Assembly (NCBI GenBank): GCA_038108555.1 | Contig: JAYNIA010000001.1 | Coordinates: forward strand, 70,427 to 134,426 | Direction: 5' to 3' | DNA from: Nitrospinota bacterium | GTDB taxonomy: Bacteria > Nitrospinota > Nitrospinia > Nitrospinales > VA-1 | Length of the DNA stretch: 64,000 nt | Shown: positions 30,896 to 40,925 of the stretch, piece after piece | Layout of the letters: each line of letters opens with the position of its first letter | How positions within the stretch are numbered: the stretch's first letter is position 1 | Translations under genes and position numbers: made by a program | The notes under the pieces: generated by a model | Databases searched by the model: none | Told to the model about the DNA's origin: nothing | What the model saw: the letters and a program-made list of their open reading frames with translations, nothing else

Positions 30896-31066
30896 CAATT
30901 ATTTAGGGAATTATTGGGAATTACCCCAAATATTACCTATAATAAAGGCACGATTTAAAAGGTTAGAAATACCTGAGCGCACAGGGTGCTGATTGAGCAC
31001 ATGGGCTCGTTTTGCAAGGTTAGTCCCGATTACGGTTGTCTAAAATTCTCTGCAAGGGCTCAAACA

Positions 31067-32131
31067 ATGAACATCATCCTGAATAGTTATTGTAATTTAA
31101 AATGCAATTACTGCTTTGCGGATGAATACATGGAGGAGAACGTAAAAACTCCTGATAAATCGATGGAATTCGGTTTTTTTCAGGATCAGCTCCTTCCAAG
31201 AATTAAAAATGCTTCTCTCATAAACTTTATGGGAGGAGAACCCACCCTGCATCCTAACTTCAATGAAATTCTTTCCGCCACCCTGGATAATATGCAACCT
31301 TTCTCTTTTCTTGGAGTATTTACCAATGGATTGATGTCGGACAAGGTTCTCGAATTGTTGGTAAGTTTAGTGGGTCGGGGAGGCAGCATTGAAAAGCAAA
31401 TTCAGTTTTCGGTTCTGCTGAATTGGCAGACGATGGAAAACATATCGGAAAAAAATCATGCACGCTGCCGAGACGTGGCCGAAGCTATCTTAAGCAAAAA
31501 TGGATACGGTTTGATGTTCAGCCTTAACCTGTATTCCATCAATCAAGATCTCGCTACCCAATGTTGGGAAATAGAAGAAATTTATCAAAACCTGGGGTTA
31601 CCCCCCGGACAAAACTATAAAATCCGTGTCAGTCCGGCATTCCCAATAGTAGGTGAAGAGGGCCATATTACCCTGCCCATTAAAGACTATCCCAAGATGG
31701 GTCGCATGATGATCAACCTGCTAAAAGATTTTCCGCAGATGTGTTTTCGTTTCGATTGTTGTTTTCCTCCCTGCCTGATGGATGATATCCAGGAAGAGGA
31801 ATACCATCTGGTCGAACGGTTCATATATCATGGGAGCCAGTCGGTGCCCAATATCACCGAATGGAAAGACAAAGATGTTTACTTCGGGTGTGCCGATGAC
31901 AGCCCCATGGACATTGACCCCAAAGGCGACTGTTTCAATTGTTTTCCCTTCCACAACAAAAAACTAGGAAACATTCAAGACTTCAAACAGGTCAACGAAT
32001 TAGCCATCAAAAAAATGCATACCGAATTTTTGGGACACACCTTTAAAGCCCAGCCCAATGAACCCTGCAAAAGTTGCCCACACTATATGGTCACCTGCTC
32101 CAGCGGTTGCTTCGCCTATAATTTTGGATAA
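31067..32131 (+). CDS. Radical SAM protein with SPASM-like C-terminus
   Basis: ATG at 31067; CNLKCNYC, MGGEPTLHP, FTNG; C-terminal GC...CFNC...CKSCPHYMVTCSSGC. Confidence 0.85.
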   Translation: MNIILNSYCNLKCNYCFADEYMEENVKTPDKSMEFGFFQDQLLPRIKNASLINFMGGEPTLHPNFNEILSATLDNMQPFSFLGVFTNGLMSDKVLELLVSLVGRGGSIEKQIQFSVLLNWQTMENISEKNHARCRDVAEAILSKNGYGLMFSLNLYSINQDLATQCWEIEEIYQNLGLPPGQNYKIRVSPAFPIVGEEGHITLPIKDYPKMGRMMINLLKDFPQMCFRFDCCFPPCLMDDIQEEEYHLVERFIYHGSQSVPNITEWKDKDVYFGCADDSPMDIDPKGDCFNCFPFHNKKLGNIQDFKQVNELAIKKMHTEFLGHTFKAQPNEPCKSCPHYMVTCSSGCFAYNFG

Positions 32132-32219
32132 AAATTTTACTTTCCATTAAGAATGGAATAATTTCTTCGTAAAATAAATCCTTATATAAAGGAAAAGAAA
32201 TAATTTAAAGAGGCCCCTG

Positions 32220-32702
32220 ATGAAACAAACCCTTTTATTTTTATTGACCCTGTTTATAGCTTTTCCAACTACTCCCTTATGGGGAGGCCATCCCGAAAAG
32301 AAAGTGGAAGGCGGATTGGATTTTGAACCGGTTTGTCCACAAGTACGGAAAACTCCGCAGGCTCCGGAAAAGTTTTTAAAGATGAAAAATCCTATTCCTG
32401 CATCCCACGAAAATATTTTTGCAGGACAAACACTCTTTCACTTCGATGCCAAGCCAGGGCCCTGCCGGGTGTGTCATGGGATCAGTGGAAACGGACTCGG
32501 TTTTTTGTTCCGTCAACTAACTCCTATTCCGAGAAATTTTACCTGTAGTCAAACTGTGGATCCTCTACCCGATGGACAATTATTCTGGATCATTAGAAAC
32601 GGCTCTCCTGGAACTGCGATGCCTGCCTTCAAAAACCTGGATGACGATCAGGTTTGGCAACTGATCCATTACATTCGACATTTTTCAAATAAGGATAAAT
32701 AA
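32220..32702 (+). CDS. Monoheme cytochrome c
   Basis: Signal peptide, CRVCH, GTAMPAF; two extra cysteines. Confidence 0.88.
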   Translation: MKQTLLFLLTLFIAFPTTPLWGGHPEKKVEGGLDFEPVCPQVRKTPQAPEKFLKMKNPIPASHENIFAGQTLFHFDAKPGPCRVCHGISGNGLGFLFRQLTPIPRNFTCSQTVDPLPDGQLFWIIRNGSPGTAMPAFKNLDDDQVWQLIHYIRHFSNKDK

Positions 32703-32724
32703 AACAAATCTTATAGGTGTCAAA

Positions 32725-33111
32725 ATGGAAAAAATTCAAAATTACATGGCGGAATCCTTACTTACCATTAGTCCGACAGCGACGGTTCTTGAAGCTTCGC
32801 ATATGATGAATGACAACGAAATTCATTCGCTGTTGGTTGAAGAAGGCGGGGAATATATTGGTATTATCACCAATCACGATATCAGTAAAAAACTGGTGGG
32901 AGATAATCTGGACCCAAACAAGGTACCGGTTTCTGAGGTTATGAGTTTCCCACTCATCAAAATGGAATGTCAGGAAAGCATGGAAAAAGCCGCTCAGGTA
33001 ATGCGGGACCACTCCATTCATCACATTGCCGTGACAGAACACGGTCAGATGTTGGGGACCTTATTTATAAATGATTACCACAAATATCTGGTGCTAAAAC
33101 ATCCTAAATAA
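32725..33111 (+). CDS. CBS-pair domain protein
   Basis: Two CBS repeats (IHSLLV..GIITNHDI; IHHIAV). Confidence 0.85.
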   Translation: MEKIQNYMAESLLTISPTATVLEASHMMNDNEIHSLLVEEGGEYIGIITNHDISKKLVGDNLDPNKVPVSEVMSFPLIKMECQESMEKAAQVMRDHSIHHIAVTEHGQMLGTLFINDYHKYLVLKHPK

Positions 33112-33117
33112 TTTTTT

Positions 33118-33870
33118 TTAGGATTTGCGAAAACGAACCACTCCCCCATATTGCTCTTTTTTAAATCCCGGAAGGTTTCCGGGATAGTTCGTTTCCGCGT
33201 AAATTCTATCGATATTTTTTAAAATATCCGGGGTCAAGCTTTCGATTATTTCCGTTTCCAGCCCCTCCACATCAATTTTCAAAATATCAATACGGCCCTC
33301 TTTCTCGAGAATTTCTGAGAGGATTTCCTCTACCCTTCGGACCTGTACCGGAATGGTTTCAGAATGATTCGCTTGCAACCCCCCATATCTGCCTGTTTTT
33401 TCGAAACCAAAATCCGCCGTTCCATTCTCCATCCCCACCGCGACCTCATTCAACTCAAACCTGTTTTCAAACCCTTTAAGGTTCGCTTTTAGCTTACTAA
33501 TATTTTCCGGGAGCGGTTCGAATAAATAGACCTTGACGTTTTTATTTCTCGTTAAAAAATATCCGGCACTGATCCCAATATTGGAACCCATATCCACAAC
33601 GCAAGTGATATCCAGTCCCGCCTGATAATCCAACTTCCCGAAACACTCGACAAGGGTAATCATGTCATGAAAGGAATAAAGTGTGAATTCAAGATTTCCA
33701 AGAGGCGTGGTTACCCGATGTTTATGGGGGTAAGCTCCCTTTTCAAAAACATATCTTCGAAAAACATTTATGGGATGGTGAAAATTTTTAAATATATTGA
33801 TTAAAGCAGAATAAAAAGGCTTGTTAAAAAATGCTTTTAACAATCTTCCGGAAGGTCTTTTTTTCATCAA
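33118..33870 (-). CDS. FkbM-family methyltransferase
   Basis: VVDMGSNIG, FEP, IDILKIDVEG. Confidence 0.85.
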   Translation of the reverse strand: MMKKRPSGRLLKAFFNKPFYSALINIFKNFHHPINVFRRYVFEKGAYPHKHRVTTPLGNLEFTLYSFHDMITLVECFGKLDYQAGLDITCVVDMGSNIGISAGYFLTRNKNVKVYLFEPLPENISKLKANLKGFENRFELNEVAVGMENGTADFGFEKTGRYGGLQANHSETIPVQVRRVEEILSEILEKEGRIDILKIDVEGLETEIIESLTPDILKNIDRIYAETNYPGNLPGFKKEQYGGVVRFRKS

Positions 33871-34075
33871 ACGTTATTAAGTGGAGATATAAATTTAGAA
33901 ACCAAAAGCTTGAATCTATCCTAAGAAAACCTATTCTACAAATTTTTCTTTTTCCCTGCTTTTAAAACATTTCCCCTCACCTAATACCCCTGGGTTAAAA
34001 AAATTTTCATCTTTTTTAGAAATATCGACTGGAATTTAAGATGACCGCCGCTTTATTTTTTGAGAAACTGGATTT

Positions 34076-34921
34076 ATGATTATCCAACAAAAAATATTTT
34101 GGGTTTGGTTGGTACTGTTTCTTTCCACTACCGTTGAGGCGCAGCAGCATCACTTCACTAATCCGCAAGTTCAAGTACAAGTGACGGAAAAAGAGCTGCG
34201 GGTATCTACCACCGGCTATCCAGACCATAAATGGGAAAGGGTCAACCCCAATCGACCTACCCGACAAAATTTCAAATTTCAAATCCCTCGATTTCCAAAA
34301 ATAGCACCTAACACAACCCCTGTGCCTTCCCGAGGTCCTATCGCGGTTGCGGTTAATGGAGTGGTCTTCTTTGGTCCCGAAGATCAGGAAGGAAAAATTG
34401 CAATTGAAAATCATGGCCTCGATTCATGCCTTGGTCACCCGGCACCAACGGGCGTGTATCATTACCACTGCACACCCGGATGTGTGCACCGCGATATTCC
34501 CAATCAACATTCACCTGTGATCGGTTACGCTTTTGATGGATTTAAAATATACGGACTTCAGGATAAAGGAGGACACCCTCCCAATGACCTGGATCAATGC
34601 AATGGCCACTCCGATGAAGAACGAGGTTACCATTATCATACAACGGAAGATTTTCCTTTTGTCCTTGGCTGTTACCGAGGCACACCAAAATTGGCCAACT
34701 ACGACAGGCACCAACGCGGTACTGGACCCTCTAACCATAGAAGTGGCAGAAAACGAGATGACCCGGTTCGCGAATATTGCGACGCGGACCGGCAAAGATA
34801 TTGTCCCAACATGCCGCCGAGTCGCGAAATGATGCAATGCATGATGCGAAATAAAAACCGGTTCAGTGCCCAGTGCCAACAGGCCTTGCAAAACCACCGC
34901 CCGCCGCGAAGGCGGCATTAA
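34076..34921 (+). CDS. Exported YHYH protein with C-terminal cysteine-rich module
   Basis: Signal peptide; GVYHYH, GYAFDGF, DLDQCNGH, GYHYH; C-terminal C-x7-C...C...C. Confidence 0.82.
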   Translation: MIIQQKIFWVWLVLFLSTTVEAQQHHFTNPQVQVQVTEKELRVSTTGYPDHKWERVNPNRPTRQNFKFQIPRFPKIAPNTTPVPSRGPIAVAVNGVVFFGPEDQEGKIAIENHGLDSCLGHPAPTGVYHYHCTPGCVHRDIPNQHSPVIGYAFDGFKIYGLQDKGGHPPNDLDQCNGHSDEERGYHYHTTEDFPFVLGCYRGTPKLANYDRHQRGTGPSNHRSGRKRDDPVREYCDADRQRYCPNMPPSREMMQCMMRNKNRFSAQCQQALQNHRPPRRRH

Positions 34922-34928
34922 TCAAACC

Positions 34929-35120
34929 ATGAAACTGGGATGGGTAAGGTTGGCAATTGTTGCAGCCGTTTTATTGATCCTGGTTTTACTTATCCCCTCA
35001 CTAAAAATTTATCATTTCAGCCCCTTCAACTCAGGGGTGTCGGCCATCATCGCATTGGTTGCAGGTGTTTGGGTGATCTATTCAATTTTCATTTGGGTGA
35101 TGCAGGGTTTCAGGAAGTAA
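34929..35120 (+). CDS. Small two-TM membrane protein
   Basis: ATG at 34929 right after the YHYH gene; two hydrophobic stretches. Confidence 0.55.
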   Translation: MKLGWVRLAIVAAVLLILVLLIPSLKIYHFSPFNSGVSAIIALVAGVWVIYSIFIWVMQGFRK

Positions 35121-35163
35121 ACCAAGAAGGAACGTTGTGAATCAGAAATTTGAAATGGCAAAT

Positions 35164-35847
35164 TTAAATTTTTTCCAGCCATTCACGTGCAAGACCGATA
35201 GCGGTGATGATCTGCCCCGGTTGCATTTTCTTTTCGATGATATCCGCATTTTTTTTGCCGGTGGGATTGCCGTTGACTCCGGCGATATTGAACCATTTGT
35301 GAGCTTCAACATAATCTTTCTCTACACCCAGGCCTTTCTCATACATCAAACCTAAATTGGACTGGGCTCCGGAGATTCCCCTTTCGGCAGATTGGCGATA
35401 CCATTTCACCGCCTCCTCGTCGTCCTTTGGAACCCCTTCACCCCGGCTGTACATGAGGCCAAGATTATATTGAGCCTGACCGTACCCTTGTTCCGCCGCA
35501 AGCTTAAACCACCAGAGGGCTTCCTTGAAATCCCGGGCAACACCCTGCCCCCGGCCATACATCACTCCAAGATTATGCTGGGCCTGGGCCAAACCCTGCT
35601 CAGCAGCAAGCCGATACCATTTCACCGCTTCATTAAAATTCTTCTCAACCCCCTGGCCTTTCCCATACATCAACCCCAAGTTGGTTTGTGCTTCTGCAAA
35701 CCCCTGTTCGGCTGCCCGGCGGTACCATTTGATCGCAGCAACATCGTCTTTGGGAATCTCTTTTCCAAGACTATACATAAGCCCAAGGTTGTACTGGGCC
35801 TCTACTGTCCCCTCTTCTGCCAATTGTTTTAATTGTTCGAAATCCAT
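35164..35847 (-). CDS. Sel1-like repeat protein
   Basis: Five AQxNLGxMYxxGxGVxxxxxxAxxWYxxAAEQG-type repeats. Confidence 0.93.
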   Translation of the reverse strand: MDFEQLKQLAEEGTVEAQYNLGLMYSLGKEIPKDDVAAIKWYRRAAEQGFAEAQTNLGLMYGKGQGVEKNFNEAVKWYRLAAEQGLAQAQHNLGVMYGRGQGVARDFKEALWWFKLAAEQGYGQAQYNLGLMYSRGEGVPKDDEEAVKWYRQSAERGISGAQSNLGLMYEKGLGVEKDYVEAHKWFNIAGVNGNPTGKKNADIIEKKMQPGQIITAIGLAREWLEKI

Positions 35848-36074
35848 GGTCTATCGCCTAAGTAAAAAAAGACCTGTTCATGCTACACGGGTTTTGATTT
35901 GGCTTCAATTCCCACAGATTAACAAAAAAAGTAACATTTATAAATTTTTTACACATGCCGTATAAATTTATACAAATAAAAAACCAGTTTTTGTCAACAG
36001 CCCATTCTTTTTTTAAAATTTAAAACCCTTATTTTGTCAAAGGTTATGATAATAAATACAACTTTTTCAGACAT

Positions 36075-36090
36075 TGGCATACCGATTGCA
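36075..36090 (+). promoter_or_regulatory. Sigma54 (-24/-12) promoter
   Basis: TGGCATACCGATTGCA, with GG-N10-GC spacing, about 100 bp upstream of ATG 36194. Confidence 0.75.
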
Positions 36091-36193
36091 AAATAACAAT
36101 TAAGTGTGATTTCAGAACCCTGAAAACGCATCAGCGGAGGCAATCCGCCCCTCCCAAACAAAAGATTATTCAAACTTTAACTGAAGGTGAATC

Positions 36194-36652
36194 ATGAGTA
36201 TCACTACAAAGGCGGTTGTCAAAGAAGATCTAAACTGGTTTTTATCCCAGATGAAAAAAGTTCAGGCATTCTCCGTTTTGTCCGACCGGGAATTAATGCA
36301 GTTGGTTTCGAAAATGCGAGCGTTTGAATTTGATGCAGGAACCAAACTGGTCAATCAGGGGGAATCTGCAAATTTGTTTTTCATCGTTCAAAAGGGAGAG
36401 GTGGAAGTTTCAAAAAAGAAATTATTTCGCAAGGAGAAAAAAGTTGCTGTACTTAAATCAGGTGATTTCTTTGGGGAAAGTGTTTTGGTTTCCAATTCCA
36501 AAAGAATCGCGACGGTAACCACCCGAACGGATACCACCTGCCTTGTTTTGCTGAAACCGAGCTTCAGAGCCATGCTGGATCAAAACCCGCTTTTCAAAGA
36601 AACCATGAAAGCCGTCTTCTTAAGACGAAAAAAGCAACTGAAGAAAGCGTAA
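36194..36652 (+). CDS. Stand-alone cyclic-nucleotide-binding domain protein
   Basis: QGE..FFIVQKGEV..GDFFGE..RIATV cNMP fold; no HTH visible. Confidence 0.85.
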   Translation: MSITTKAVVKEDLNWFLSQMKKVQAFSVLSDRELMQLVSKMRAFEFDAGTKLVNQGESANLFFIVQKGEVEVSKKKLFRKEKKVAVLKSGDFFGESVLVSNSKRIATVTTRTDTTCLVLLKPSFRAMLDQNPLFKETMKAVFLRRKKQLKKA

Positions 36653-36656
36653 ATAA

Positions 36657-37322
36657 TCAGGAGACACCCATTTTTATTACAAACGCTTTGTCTCCAAAAA
36701 TTTCGATGGTGTAGTTTCTTTTCTCCGCCATGACGGAAAGGGTTTGGTTACAAAAAAAACTGATATGGGTAGGGTCGTCTTTGTACCACCACTCCATAAA
36801 CTTCTCCACAGCATTATCCGAATCGATGAAGGGATTCGTTAAAAAAGTCGAGAACATGATTATCCCATCCGGTTTTAATACCTTTTCAATCTCCTCAAGC
36901 TCTTCCCAAACATTGGGCAGGTGCTCTATGACTTCCAGGGCGATTACCGCATCAAATTTAAACGGATAGTTCTGATCTTTCAAATATCCATTGTTCATGG
37001 GTTCCAGCGAAGTCATTCGATAACTCATTCCCTCCAGCCTTCGGGTTAGCTCTCCGGAACCCGCACCAAAATCTAGAATTCGATGGTCATTTGGCAACAC
37101 TCCAAAATTCTCAAAGTATGAAATCAGGCTCCTGGCCTGATCTTCCCAGAAACCGGATTCGGTGGCTAGCCATTGCTTTTTGTAGTGGTTTTCTTCAAAG
37201 GTTTTTTCGGGCAGTTCATTAGTAAAAATCAATGAACAGTTAGGACATTTTAAAAAAGTACGTTCGGCCCGACAAAATAGAGTAGACGGGAAATTACAAA
37301 TCCGGCAGAGACGATCTTGCAT
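36657..37322 (-). CDS. Class I SAM-dependent methyltransferase with N-terminal CxxC/CxxC ribbon
   Basis: CRIC, CPNC, ILDFGAGSG, EVIEH, DPTHISFF. Confidence 0.85.
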   Translation of the reverse strand: MQDRLCRICNFPSTLFCRAERTFLKCPNCSLIFTNELPEKTFEENHYKKQWLATESGFWEDQARSLISYFENFGVLPNDHRILDFGAGSGELTRRLEGMSYRMTSLEPMNNGYLKDQNYPFKFDAVIALEVIEHLPNVWEELEEIEKVLKPDGIIMFSTFLTNPFIDSDNAVEKFMEWWYKDDPTHISFFCNQTLSVMAEKRNYTIEIFGDKAFVIKMGVS

Positions 37323-37342
37323 GGTTACGAAAAAACTCCAGG

Positions 37343-40300
37343 TTATTTCTTTTGTTCCACCTGGCTCTGTGCCAGTTTAAGATTTTGCTGGGCAGAAACT
37401 AAATTGGGTTGGATTTTAAGGGCCTCTTGAAAATGAGTAATGGCTTCTTGAATTTTTTCATCGTGATAAAGGGCATTCCCCAAGTTGAGATGGGCAGTCG
37501 CATTTTGAGGTTGTAATTCGAGGACCTTTTTGAACCTGGAGATAGCTTTGTCGTATTCGCCTTGTTCGTCCCACGAAATACCAAGATTGAGATGGGCTTC
37601 AATATAATCGGGTTGTAATTCAATAGCTGTTTGATATTGATTTATAGCATCTGCTAAATACCCCATAGCGGCAAGGGTATTTCCCAAGTCGTTATAAGCG
37701 GTGGAATAATCCGGCTTTAATTCGATCGCTTTTCGGAAATAAGTTTCTGCATTAATAAAATCCCCGGTTATTGCTAAAGCCCGGCCAAGAAAATAATTCG
37801 CTAAAACAAAACCAGGGTAAAGCCGTACAGCCTCCTTAAGTTTTGCTATAGCCTCTTCCAGATTGTTGTTATTAATATTAATGATCCCGAGTTCGAAAAC
37901 ATCGGATGCATATTCTGCGTTCATAAGGTTATCCCAATGCCCTTTAAATATTTCCTTGCCTGCGTTGTCCAGGTTTTTAATTTTCGGAATGACCGTTTCG
38001 AGGGAAACCCGGTTTTTGTGCAGGTTATATACTCGTTCCCGGGTCATACCATCGGAGGAGCCAAGGAAAAATTCCAACGAAGGATAATTGTCTGTAATCA
38101 AATTGTGCTGTGTGGACATTTTTTGCAATTCATTTTTTGAAAACCAAATGCTTCCTAAAAGAGTGAAGGGGTTATCAAAATTAATATTTCCCATTACCTC
38201 ATTTATTTTGGGATGCTCCAGGCGCTTTTCAATTTCCCTGAAGTCAATTTCAATAGGATCATTCGAGCCTATTAAAATCAGCTCTTGCTTCGCCGGATAC
38301 CACCCCATCACATAGGGAAAACTATCAAGAAAGGTACGGAAATGTTGGTATATATGAGTTTCCGTTTGACTGTGCAAGGGAATCCACTGGCTTACAATCC
38401 CCCTTTTTTTTAAACCTTTTTTAGCTAATTCATAAAATTCCTTAGTATAAAGATTTACCACCCCGGCATTGGTTGGCGGAGGGGGTTCAGCCGTAATCAC
38501 ATCATAGGATTTTGAAGTTGTGAGGAGGTGGTTCCTCCCATCTTGAACAATCTTATTAACTTTCGGATTGGCACCCGCATCGTAGTTCATGTCACTAAAA
38601 AGTTTACCAGCATTAAAAACTCCAGGGGAAATGTCTACAGCATCAACAGAATCCAGACCGGGATAAACTCCAGCCGCTCCAGAGGTCAAACCTGTTCCAA
38701 AACAAATCACCAGAACATCTTTGGGGTCCTCAACCAGCAACAGGGGAATATATGAAAGGAGGGTCATATAGGTTCGCGATCCCAGATGGCTTGCGGACAT
38801 ATTGACCCCGTTCAATATCAGGCTTTTTCTTTTTATTCCGAAAAGCTCATCATTATCATTAAAAACAGCAACGGTGGTGGTTAAACCTTCATCCAGATAA
38901 AGAAGTTGCTCTGGAGTTTTCTTGCCAAGTGAATTTCGCAAAAAAATGTTCTGCAAAAGATTGTCTGGCATTTTAAGTAAGAAAAAAACAAGACCACACG
39001 ATATCGCCACAGCCACGGTTCCCCGAACCCGCCTTGAAAAAAATTCTGAATTCGCAAAAAGAATTATTGCCGCTAACAAATTCAGCATGGCCAAAAAGGT
39101 CAAGGTTTGTTGCGAACCAAAGTTTGGCAGGAGCAAATAGCCAGCCACTATGGAACCTAGAATACTTCCCAAAGTATTTACGGCATAAATGATTCCCAAA
39201 GAGCTTCCTATATTTTCGGATCCTCGAGTAACCAGGTGAGTCAATACGGGAAAACTCATTCCAAACAAGATAGTTGGCACAAGCATTAAAGCGGAAGCAT
39301 TGCGCATATCAACCCAAAACTCTTCAACAGGAGCTTCCATCTTCAACGGTCGGATAAAAGAAGAAAGGATCCAATTGGATTGATAAAGACTAAAAATAAT
39401 ATAGATACCAATTCCCAACTGAAACAAAATTAAAAGTGTGCGTAAATTAAAATTTCTTTTAAAAAAGGGAACGATCAACAAGCCGCCCACCGTAATCCCG
39501 AAGAGGAAATTGGCCAGCATGAGACTGAATGAATAAACGGTACTTCCTACGCCAAACACCAAAATTCTTGTCCAGAGAACCTCATAAGCCAAAGCCGAAA
39601 AACCACACAAAAAACTTGTCGTCACCCAGATGAAATTTTCTCTATCGATTTTAAGGGAAAAAGGTTCCGGCTTTGGAAGGTTCCATTTGACAGGGGTTTC
39701 CGGTTCGGATTTTTTGAATCCCTGGACACAAATAATTCCTATTAAAATATTCACACACGAGGCCGCCAGAGCGGTTTGTAAAACTCCCAGGTGCTCTATC
39801 AGGAAATATCCTGCCAAGAGACAACCTGCCGCAGCACCAAAAGTATTGATGGAATATAAATAACCCACCTGTTTTCCGGCATGAGTTTTTTCCGTCACAA
39901 AATACTTGGCCATTATGGGAAGGGTTGCTCCCATAAAAACAGTGGGAATCAATACTAGAGAAAATGCCAACACCGCTTTTACAAAACCCGTTTGAAATAA
40001 AAAATCGGGCATCCATTGATAAAACCAGACGTAAATTGGAGAAAACTTGGAAAAAAGGAGGGAAAGAAATGCAGCGGAAAAACCAATCAGCAATTCAATT
40101 TTTCCATAGATCAATAAAGGCTTTCCAGCCCTGTCAATTGTGGTTCCATATAAATAGCTTCCCAGACCCAAACCGGCCATAAAGGAAGACAAAACCACAG
40201 ATACGGAGTAAATGGTGTGCCCAAACACCAGAGTCAACATCCGGGTCCAGACAACCTGGTAGATCAATCCGGAGATTCCAGAGAAAAAAAATAAAAAATA

Positions 40301-40363
40301 AATCCAGTTAGATCGTTTGTCCTCTGGAAATACAGACCCCTTTTTTTGATTTCTTTTTCCCAT
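37343..40363 (-). CDS. Fused multi-TM / spermidine-synthase-like protein with C-terminal TPRs
   Basis: FFSGISGLIYQVVW TM block, GATLP, VICFGTGLT, DGRNHL, YDVITAEPP; TPR repeats. Confidence 0.88.
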   Translation of the reverse strand: MGKRNQKKGSVFPEDKRSNWIYFLFFFSGISGLIYQVVWTRMLTLVFGHTIYSVSVVLSSFMAGLGLGSYLYGTTIDRAGKPLLIYGKIELLIGFSAAFLSLLFSKFSPIYVWFYQWMPDFLFQTGFVKAVLAFSLVLIPTVFMGATLPIMAKYFVTEKTHAGKQVGYLYSINTFGAAAGCLLAGYFLIEHLGVLQTALAASCVNILIGIICVQGFKKSEPETPVKWNLPKPEPFSLKIDRENFIWVTTSFLCGFSALAYEVLWTRILVFGVGSTVYSFSLMLANFLFGITVGGLLIVPFFKRNFNLRTLLILFQLGIGIYIIFSLYQSNWILSSFIRPLKMEAPVEEFWVDMRNASALMLVPTILFGMSFPVLTHLVTRGSENIGSSLGIIYAVNTLGSILGSIVAGYLLLPNFGSQQTLTFLAMLNLLAAIILFANSEFFSRRVRGTVAVAISCGLVFFLLKMPDNLLQNIFLRNSLGKKTPEQLLYLDEGLTTTVAVFNDNDELFGIKRKSLILNGVNMSASHLGSRTYMTLLSYIPLLLVEDPKDVLVICFGTGLTSGAAGVYPGLDSVDAVDISPGVFNAGKLFSDMNYDAGANPKVNKIVQDGRNHLLTTSKSYDVITAEPPPPTNAGVVNLYTKEFYELAKKGLKKRGIVSQWIPLHSQTETHIYQHFRTFLDSFPYVMGWYPAKQELILIGSNDPIEIDFREIEKRLEHPKINEVMGNINFDNPFTLLGSIWFSKNELQKMSTQHNLITDNYPSLEFFLGSSDGMTRERVYNLHKNRVSLETVIPKIKNLDNAGKEIFKGHWDNLMNAEYASDVFELGIININNNNLEEAIAKLKEAVRLYPGFVLANYFLGRALAITGDFINAETYFRKAIELKPDYSTAYNDLGNTLAAMGYLADAINQYQTAIELQPDYIEAHLNLGISWDEQGEYDKAISRFKKVLELQPQNATAHLNLGNALYHDEKIQEAITHFQEALKIQPNLVSAQQNLKLAQSQVEQKK

Positions 40364-40454
40364 GAATTAGGGATTCCTGAAACAAGCTTGAGGAAAAGCG
40401 GGAAAACAGGTAGGACCAACCCGGAACAATAAAACGGTTCAAAATTTGGTTGCG

Positions 40455-40826
40455 TTAATCTTTTGTTTCTTCTGATTGATTTCCTGCTGGGCTCTGAGCT
40501 TCTGCACTTTCACTTGCAGTTTCCATTGTATCGCTCGCCCAATCTTCATCCAGAAATCGATCAGTCATGGTGTGCAGGTCCTTTTTATTCTTTTGCATCT
40601 TTTTTAAAAGTATTTTTGTTTCCTCATCGGGAAACAGGTCGTTGAGATCCTTATCCTCTTCTGGAAATAATTCGTTTAGATCAATTTCAGCCGGGAAGGG
40701 CAACTCATTCTGTGGTTTAAAAATCGTCTCTTCTTCGGCTCCAACCTCTTCAACCGGGTCGTTATTGGGTGAGTTATTTGACGAATCGGAAGGCTGGGTT
40801 GTTTCATTCATATTTGAAATCTCCAA
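40455..40826 (-). CDS. Acidic hypothetical protein
   Basis: ORF fills the gap, with an AGGA RBS-like sequence upstream; internal DLNELFPEE/DLNDLFPDE repeat. Confidence 0.6.
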   Translation of the reverse strand: MEISNMNETTQPSDSSNNSPNNDPVEEVGAEEETIFKPQNELPFPAEIDLNELFPEEDKDLNDLFPDEETKILLKKMQKNKKDLHTMTDRFLDEDWASDTMETASESAEAQSPAGNQSEETKD

Positions 40827-40925
40827 AAGAATTCATTGAGTCCTTTAAAATTCCTTACCTGTAATACCACCTGTCAGTCTGGAATGATACAATAATTTAA
40901 AATAAAAAAATACGGAGAACTCAAT

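Noticed and set aside
35164..35847. Periodic DNA in the Sel1 gene (also in the LRR genes) as a CRISPR-like array
   Set aside because: Periodicity is explained by protein repeats; no identical repeats with unique spacers and no cas genes.
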